From a virus (lineage: Duplodnaviria > Caudoviricetes), in the IMG/VR virus record IMGVR_UViG_3300030329_003272, positions 1 through 29,360 of that record: DNA of 29,360 nucleotides. One strand, written 5' to 3'. This document shows, one piece after another, positions 24,787 through 29,360 of the stretch; position 1 is the first letter of the stretch; each line of letters begins with the position of its first letter. A program made the position numbers and the translations under genes. The notes under the pieces were generated by a model. The model saw only the letters and a program-made list of their open reading frames with translations, did not search any database and was not told where the DNA came from.

Positions 24787-26175
24787 TCAACCTATGATCA
24801 TCCGGCCAGGAGTCTCGATGCCCTCCTGCAACCAGTGCTCTGAGATGTAGGATACAGCATCGTAGCTGTGTTTGAGGTCGCTATTTTCCCCTCGCCAGTG
24901 CCTCAAGCTCTTGACGAGGTTTGGGCAGCGTTCAGCATGGACCATGAACCGGCCATCAATGCAGGCAGCCGAGAGCATCCGGGCACGGGTACGCACCGAG
25001 CCCCGGCCCTTGTAGGGCACACCAATCTCGAACGGCGGACGGGCTGACCCAACCATGTGAGCGAACGCACGCTCAAGCAGCTCATTGACGCGCAAGCCCA
25101 GACCCAGCCGGCCCGCGCTGTTGCTGTCTCCCACTGCCTTGTCAATCATCTTGGGCGAGATGCCCCAACGCTTGAGCATCTCCACAATCTCACGCGCCTC
25201 GATGGCTGGCGTATTGCGCTCCTGGCTCACGTACTCGTCCAGCACCCACAGCCGCGCCCCATCCCAAGCCACGAGGTAGCACACGCTGTTACCTGGGCGC
25301 TCTCCATGGTCCCAGCCAAGCCCTATAGCCTCGACCTTCTCAGGCGGGTCTGTGAAGGTGTTGTCCTCGCTGAAGGCGATCCACCTGTCAACGCTCACAC
25401 CCTCCCAGGCACCCTCCACGCGCTGGGCATATTCCCACGGTCCATAGCCCGCTATCTGCCTCTCTATAGATTCTATAGAGCGGTGCGGGCAGTTCTCAGG
25501 ACTGAGCGTGATACGCTGGATGTCCCACTCCTCAACCGGTGGCTTGCCCGTGTCCGGGTTGCCCTCGACGTGGTGCCTGAGCCAGTCGCATGGCCTGCCT
25601 ATAGGCGTGAAGCTCATCACCACCGGGCCATTGTTCACAGCCACGCGGGTCAGGGCTTCAGCGAAGTGTGCCTGCTTGGGTAGCTCGTCAATGATGAGAT
25701 AGTCGATGGTCGCACCCGTCAGGGCCATCACCTCCTGCGTGCCTGACTTGCCCACGATGAGGGCGCCGTTGCTCAGGCGCAGCATCTTGACAGAGCGATG
25801 TGTGTAGCCTCTGGAGCTGTCATAGGTCACCGAGGGATGCAGCACGCCCGGCGGCTCTATCTCGCGCAGCTTGGCCGAGAAGTTGACCCAGCCACCCTTG
25901 AGGTCAGCGCACATGATCCACCCTATCGAGTGCTCTCCAGGCGCCTCCCTGAATGGGTGTGTGCCCAGCGCCATCCACCACGTCTCGGCGGCCAGGGCTC
26001 GCGTCTTGCCTACCTGATTCCCTGCCACCAGAAGACGGCGCGGATGCTGCGACTGGTGGACGGTGCGCTGCCCTGGTGACATACCCCCAAAGCCTGGAGG
26101 CTCCTGCTCGTATTGGGCGAGCAAGTCCGCCTCGTATCTGTCCGCGTATGCGGTGAGCTTGCCTATATCGATCAC
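24787..26175 (-). CDS. terL: Terminase large subunit
   Basis: Walker A AGNQVGKT, Walker B YLIIDE, coupling motif SFTP, nuclease GLGWDHG...HSYDAVSY. Confidence 0.95.
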   Translation of the reverse strand: MIDIGKLTAYADRYEADLLAQYEQEPPGFGGMSPGQRTVHQSQHPRRLLVAGNQVGKTRALAAETWWMALGTHPFREAPGEHSIGWIMCADLKGGWVNFSAKLREIEPPGVLHPSVTYDSSRGYTHRSVKMLRLSNGALIVGKSGTQEVMALTGATIDYLIIDELPKQAHFAEALTRVAVNNGPVVMSFTPIGRPCDWLRHHVEGNPDTGKPPVEEWDIQRITLSPENCPHRSIESIERQIAGYGPWEYAQRVEGAWEGVSVDRWIAFSEDNTFTDPPEKVEAIGLGWDHGERPGNSVCYLVAWDGARLWVLDEYVSQERNTPAIEAREIVEMLKRWGISPKMIDKAVGDSNSAGRLGLGLRVNELLERAFAHMVGSARPPFEIGVPYKGRGSVRTRARMLSAACIDGRFMVHAERCPNLVKSLRHWRGENSDLKHSYDAVSYISEHWLQEGIETPGRMIIG

Positions 26176-26642
26176 TTGCCTACGTTGGCCTGCTTGCGGT
26201 TCAGTGCTGCCAGGATCATGTCCTCGGGTAGCCGGGCAACCTCACCGATGATCGTCTCTCGCCCATCCTCGCTATCCATCTCCACCATGCGCGGCTGTGC
26301 TTGCGCGTCATTGATGATGGCCTCCACCACTGGCGCCGAGTCCCTGCGATAGCAGTGCCTGCGCTCCAGAAGCCACGCGCTTGCCTGCCAGCTACCCTCC
26401 TCCGCTGCCCGGCGGATGACCACGAGCGAATGCGCCGCCCCTGTGGCTTCAGCGGCTTTTATGGCTTCCCGAAACTCCCGCTGTGCGGTGTGCCCCTGGT
26501 CGGCTTCTTGGAGCCATCGGTAAAAGGTGGTCTCACCAATCCCCACATACCCGCACGCCAGCCTGTAGGTCATACCCAGCGAGATACCCTCGCAGAACTT
26601 CTCTTGCAGCTCAGGTGTGAGCTTGCTCTTGCGTCCCGTCAT
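26172..26642 (-). CDS. terS: Terminase small subunit (HTH)
   Basis: GRKSKLTPE...ACGYVGIGETTFYRW...WQASAWLLERR. GTGA overlap with terL. Start placed at ATG 26642. Confidence 0.8.
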   Translation of the reverse strand: MTGRKSKLTPELQEKFCEGISLGMTYRLACGYVGIGETTFYRWLQEADQGHTAQREFREAIKAAEATGAAHSLVVIRRAAEEGSWQASAWLLERRHCYRRDSAPVVEAIINDAQAQPRMVEMDSEDGRETIIGEVARLPEDMILAALNRKQANVGK

Positions 26643-27663
26643 GCTTGCCCTCTGAGGCCACCATAACACCCAAAGTGAGCCACGCGGAAACAACACAAGC
26701 TGGCACCTGCCCGTTCCCTATCGCTCTGAGGCGCTTTGTGCGGTTCGTCTTGTCTGTGGTGATGCGGGGCACAGGCTCCCCGTCCCACCACGTCCCATCG
26801 AACCACGAGCCAAGCTCAGTCATGGGCTCCAGGCTCGTCCAGCCAACCGGCCAGCCCATGAGCCACTCCACCCAATCGGGCGAGAGGTGGCCGCCTGTTT
26901 CACGGCGAACGATGGAGCAGAGGGAGCCATCGTGGGATTGTCTGCCAGGGCTATTCAATCTGTACGTATCAACATCGCTTGCGTAGGGCGTCGGCCATAC
27001 CCTCACCGCGACATCCAACGGCACTCCATTCTTTCTGTTCCTCCTGTCCTGTCTCTTCAAGAATGTTTCAATGGAGCCGTCTTGTACCCATGCTGTAGGG
27101 GTGGGCCGCATCCTACGGCATCCTGGGTGCTTCATCATCGAGGGAGAAAGCTGGTTCGCGGTCGCGGTTGGCGTGGCAAACAATCCAGAGCCTGCCTCTT
27201 CTGTGGGGCGCACCGACCGACTCAGCCGATATGCACTCCCACCGGCAATCATACCCGCTTTCGGCCAAGTCTCCGAGAATGGTGTGCATGTACCCATGGG
27301 AAGCAGCAAGGAGGCCTGGGACGTTCTCCAGCAGTAGCCATCGGGGTCGAACTTCGCGAACGATCCTAATGGTTTGGGGCCACATGTTGCGCTCATCGTC
27401 TGCGGCTTGCTGTTGACCGGCAACGGAGAAGGGCTGACATGGGAATCCCGCAGAGATGATATCCACGCATCCACGCCAGGGTCGCCCGTCGAAGGTCTGC
27501 ACATCGTCCCAGATGGGGAAGTGCTCAAGGAGTCCGTCTCGCTGTCGCTGCTGGAGGGATTCGATGCAGTAGGGCTCGCGCTCAACGGCGCAGACGGTTC
27601 GCCATCCAAGAAGTCTGGAGCCAAGGAGGCCTCCGCCAGCCCCGGTAAATAGTGAAAGCTCAT
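26611..27663 (-). CDS. C5 cytosine methyltransferase chain beta (xxTP repeats, motifs IX and X) in an overlapping frame
   Basis: FSETWPKAGM, LFATPTA/MRPTPTA/VWPTPYASD, LSPDWVEWLMGWPVGWT (IX) and RLRAIGNGQVP (X). Confidence 0.8.
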   Translation of the reverse strand: MSFHYLPGLAEASLAPDFLDGEPSAPLSASPTASNPSSSDSETDSLSTSPSGTMCRPSTGDPGVDAWISSLRDSHVSPSPLPVNSKPQTMSATCGPKPLGSFAKFDPDGYCWRTSQASLLLPMGTCTPFSETWPKAGMIAGGSAYRLSRSVRPTEEAGSGLFATPTATANQLSPSMMKHPGCRRMRPTPTAWVQDGSIETFLKRQDRRNRKNGVPLDVAVRVWPTPYASDVDTYRLNSPGRQSHDGSLCSIVRRETGGHLSPDWVEWLMGWPVGWTSLEPMTELGSWFDGTWWDGEPVPRITTDKTNRTKRLRAIGNGQVPACVVSAWLTLGVMVASEGKHDGTQEQAHT

Positions 27664-27667
27664 TCAT
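27113..27667 (-). CDS. C5 cytosine methyltransferase chain alpha (motifs I-VIII)
   Basis: LSLFTGAGG (I), AGFPCQPFS (IV), LLENVPG (VI) and PHRRGRLWIV (VIII). GAGG SD before ATG 27667. Confidence 0.92.
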   Translation of the reverse strand: MNELSLFTGAGGGLLGSRLLGWRTVCAVEREPYCIESLQQRQRDGLLEHFPIWDDVQTFDGRPWRGCVDIISAGFPCQPFSVAGQQQAADDERNMWPQTIRIVREVRPRWLLLENVPGLLAASHGYMHTILGDLAESGYDCRWECISAESVGAPHRRGRLWIVCHANRDREPAFSLDDEAPRMP

Positions 27668-27682
27668 TCTGTCCTCTGGGTG

Positions 27683-27754
27683 TGACACCGTGCGCCGGGT
27701 TGATGAGAGCCCGGCACGACTTCCCACTTCACCCAAGTATGGCGCACGGCGTCA
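27683..27754 (-). ncRNA. Predicted three-way-junction structured RNA in the methyltransferase leader
   Basis: An 11-bp outer stem UGACGCCGUGC/GCACGGUGUCA (G-U only on the minus strand) encloses ACUU/AAGU and GCCGGG/CCCGGC hairpins. Confidence 0.5.
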
Positions 27755-27768
27755 GATGGTTACTCGGA

Positions 27769-28134
27769 TCATGTTGTGGTTTCGCAGAAGACGGCTCGCG
27801 CCCGTTCTTTGTCGCACCACTCATGACCCGGCGTGTAACTCTTTGCCATTGGGTGGTATGACTCGATGGACCAGTGGGGCCTGATCAGTTCTTGAATGGA
27901 GAACTTGTAGGTAGCCACGAGTTCCCGGTGCTCCCATTGATCCCCATCACCACGCTCGTATACTTTGATCGGTGCTTCCCTTTGCCAAGATAGGAGCGCT
28001 GCCTTTCTGGCGATGTACAGGGCTACAAGGTACGGCTCGTATTCGCCATATTTCTCTTCAAACCGATCCTTCTCGACACTGAAACATGTGCCCCCATCTG
28101 GGCAAGGAACGACAACTTCAAATATAACTTTCAT
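27769..28134 (-). CDS. Hypothetical protein (121 aa)
   Basis: A/C-rich leader with GAGAG like other early genes, and a natural-looking sequence. Confidence 0.7.
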   Translation of the reverse strand: MKVIFEVVVPCPDGGTCFSVEKDRFEEKYGEYEPYLVALYIARKAALLSWQREAPIKVYERGDGDQWEHRELVATYKFSIQELIRPHWSIESYHPMAKSYTPGHEWCDKERARAVFCETTT

Positions 28135-28224
28135 GGTGGTTCTCTCGGTTGGTGGTGGGTGCCTCCGTGGATACAGCCGGAGGCGGGCTGGGCGGGCTTG
28201 GCTCCCGCTCTCCCCTGTTGGTGG

Positions 28225-28431
28225 TTACTGAACGTTTGAGTCGCCGTGGTGGAGGATTTCGATCCGGGGAGCCTTGGCCTCAAGTTGCGCGAGCAGTCCA
28301 AGGTATTGGTCTCGGCCCTCTGAACAGACCCATGTGGTGATGGAGGGCATGCCCTGATTCGGGGTTTCGGTGTTTCGGAAGGTGATGGTAAGCACTGTTT
28401 CAAAGATGCTGGTTTCGATGTACTTGGTCAT
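28225..28431 (-). CDS. Hypothetical protein (68 aa)
   Basis: ACAGGAGCCACCATG start at 28431 downstream of promoter P3. Confidence 0.72.
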   Translation of the reverse strand: MTKYIETSIFETVLTITFRNTETPNQGMPSITTWVCSEGRDQYLGLLAQLEAKAPRIEILHHGDSNVQ

Positions 28432-28460
28432 GGTGGCTCCTGTTATTTGGTTACTCTCCA

Positions 28461-28489
28461 TACTTACCGTACGGGTAAGACCATTGCAA
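28461..28489 (-). promoter_or_regulatory. Early promoter P3 with operator palindrome
   Basis: TTGCAA-N17-TAAGTA. CTTACC-N5-GGTAAG at 28463-28479. Confidence 0.6.
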
Positions 28490-28521
28490 CCACTATTTTG
28501 CATTGAGCCAAACTTTTCAGC

Positions 28522-28545
28522 GGACATATATAATTATATATCTCC
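28522..28545. repeat. AT-only palindrome ATATATAATTATATAT with GGA/TCC flanks
   Basis: A perfect 16-bp palindrome at 28526-28541, extending to 24 bp with one mismatched pair. Confidence 0.85.
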
Positions 28546-28562
28546 CAAGTGGTTGGAATCGT

Positions 28563-29129
28563 TCAGGAATCCTTCAACATCAGCCTGGGCGAAAACTCAA
28601 GCAACTTGGCCACCTCCTCACGGCTTGTGGTGAGCTTCTTGCGCTCCTTGTTGGCGCGGTATGCCGCCCTAAAGCTCGCACGGTTGGCGGTGTTGGAGCT
28701 TACATCCGACCGGCACAGCACCGACCATCCACCACAGGCACTGAGGCCCGCCATCATCGCGGCGTTCGTGGCTGGGTCTTCGTCAAGCTGCCAGCCTCCC
28801 TCCTTCCCCGGCGGGTCCATGTAGCCAAAGCGCCCAACGCTCTGAAGCAGAACGCCCCACTTCTCATCGGAGTCGTCTACCTGACTCAGACTTACCTGGG
28901 GCGCGTGGGCTTTCAGTTCTCCCGGTGTCGGCCAGAAGCGCTTGTCGGCGCTGAGAAAGCTCACAGCCGCTGCCATGGCGTCCTCGTCGGTCATGTCCCT
29001 GAACACCATCTGGAAGACAAGGATGGCGCTCTCCATGCGCCCTGGCTCGCTCCAGTTGGCGGGAGGCTTGAGCCCTGCCGTCTCCAGAAGGTGAAAGATG
29101 GTTTCGATGGTGGTGTCACTTGTTGCCAT
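28563..29129 (-). CDS. Putative helicase loader/inhibitor (G39P-like N-domain plus DUF6475-like C-domain)
   Basis: KRFWPTPGEL and EKWGVLLQSVGRFGY...DPATNAAM...GGWSVLC...ASFRAAY. Directly follows the initiator. Confidence 0.72.
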   Translation of the reverse strand: MATSDTTIETIFHLLETAGLKPPANWSEPGRMESAILVFQMVFRDMTDEDAMAAAVSFLSADKRFWPTPGELKAHAPQVSLSQVDDSDEKWGVLLQSVGRFGYMDPPGKEGGWQLDEDPATNAAMMAGLSACGGWSVLCRSDVSSNTANRASFRAAYRANKERKKLTTSREEVAKLLEFSPRLMLKDS

Positions 29130-29360
29130 TGGTGGTCTCTCGGCTTGGGGTGAATGGGAAGGTTACGACGTTCAGATTCTCACGCTCTCGGTTTCGTCTG
29201 GCAAGCATCTCAGTGATGCCCTCCCGCTTTGGTGTGCGGTGGTCATGCACGCGCTTGGCGTCCTCATAGGACAGCTCCAGGTATTCATCAAACTTGCGCT
29301 GCACTGTGTCCCACCCGTAGTTGTCCCGGACAAAGACGGCGCGGTGATGGTCTGAGCGTA
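29116..29360 (-). CDS. Replication initiator, 3' part
   Basis: Same frame as 1..697 through the terminal repeat. It ends ...SRETTNGNK* and overlaps the start of the next gene at 29129. Confidence 0.82.
   Translation of the reverse strand, partial: RSDHHRAVFVRDNYGWDTVQRKFDEYLELSYEDAKRVHDHRTPKREGITEMLARRNRERENLNVVTFPFTPSRETTNGNK
29263..29360. repeat. Terminal direct repeat, right copy
   Basis: Identical to bases 2-99. A reading frame continues cleanly across the join. Confidence 0.97.

Noticed and set aside
26643-26696. Upstream extension of terS in the ORF track; similarly 27668-27736 for the methyltransferase and 28432-28527
   Set aside because: Downstream ATGs have better SD sequences and match the expected N-termini. 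The extensions run through another gene or through regulatory DNA.
27752-27772. ATGA-coupled mini-ORF MIRVTI after gene 27769-28134
   Set aside because: Six codons only. It could be a leader peptide ending at the RNA stem, but there is no independent support.

Overview
The window is an apparently complete, circularly permuted genome of a small, GC-rich tailed phage (Caudoviricetes, siphovirus-like). Bases 2-99 repeat exactly at 29263-29360, giving a unit length of about 29,261 bp. Most genes lie on the minus strand in this order: Cro-like HTH, RusA, an O-like replication initiator that crosses the contig junction and carries the origin, a helicase loader, two small genes, a split two-frame C5 DNA methyltransferase, terS, terL, portal, scaffold, major capsid, head completion, tail tube, tail chaperones with a -1 frameshift, tape measure, large tail proteins and lysis genes. 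Two plus-strand early units are present: an ERF/Gp157 recombination operon (1610-4007) and a two-gene island inserted between scaffold and capsid (21299-22157). I recognised no integrase, polymerase, helicase, tRNA or CRISPR array. The most unusual layer is non-coding. It comprises a candidate two-state RNA switch over the capsid ribosome-binding site, three compact three-way-junction RNA folds in intergenic gaps, a shared TTACC-N5-GGTAA operator at three dispersed promoters, cassette-like repeats around island genes, and an all-AT palindrome. All protein calls come from motif recognition and gene order by eye. No database search or folding program was run.
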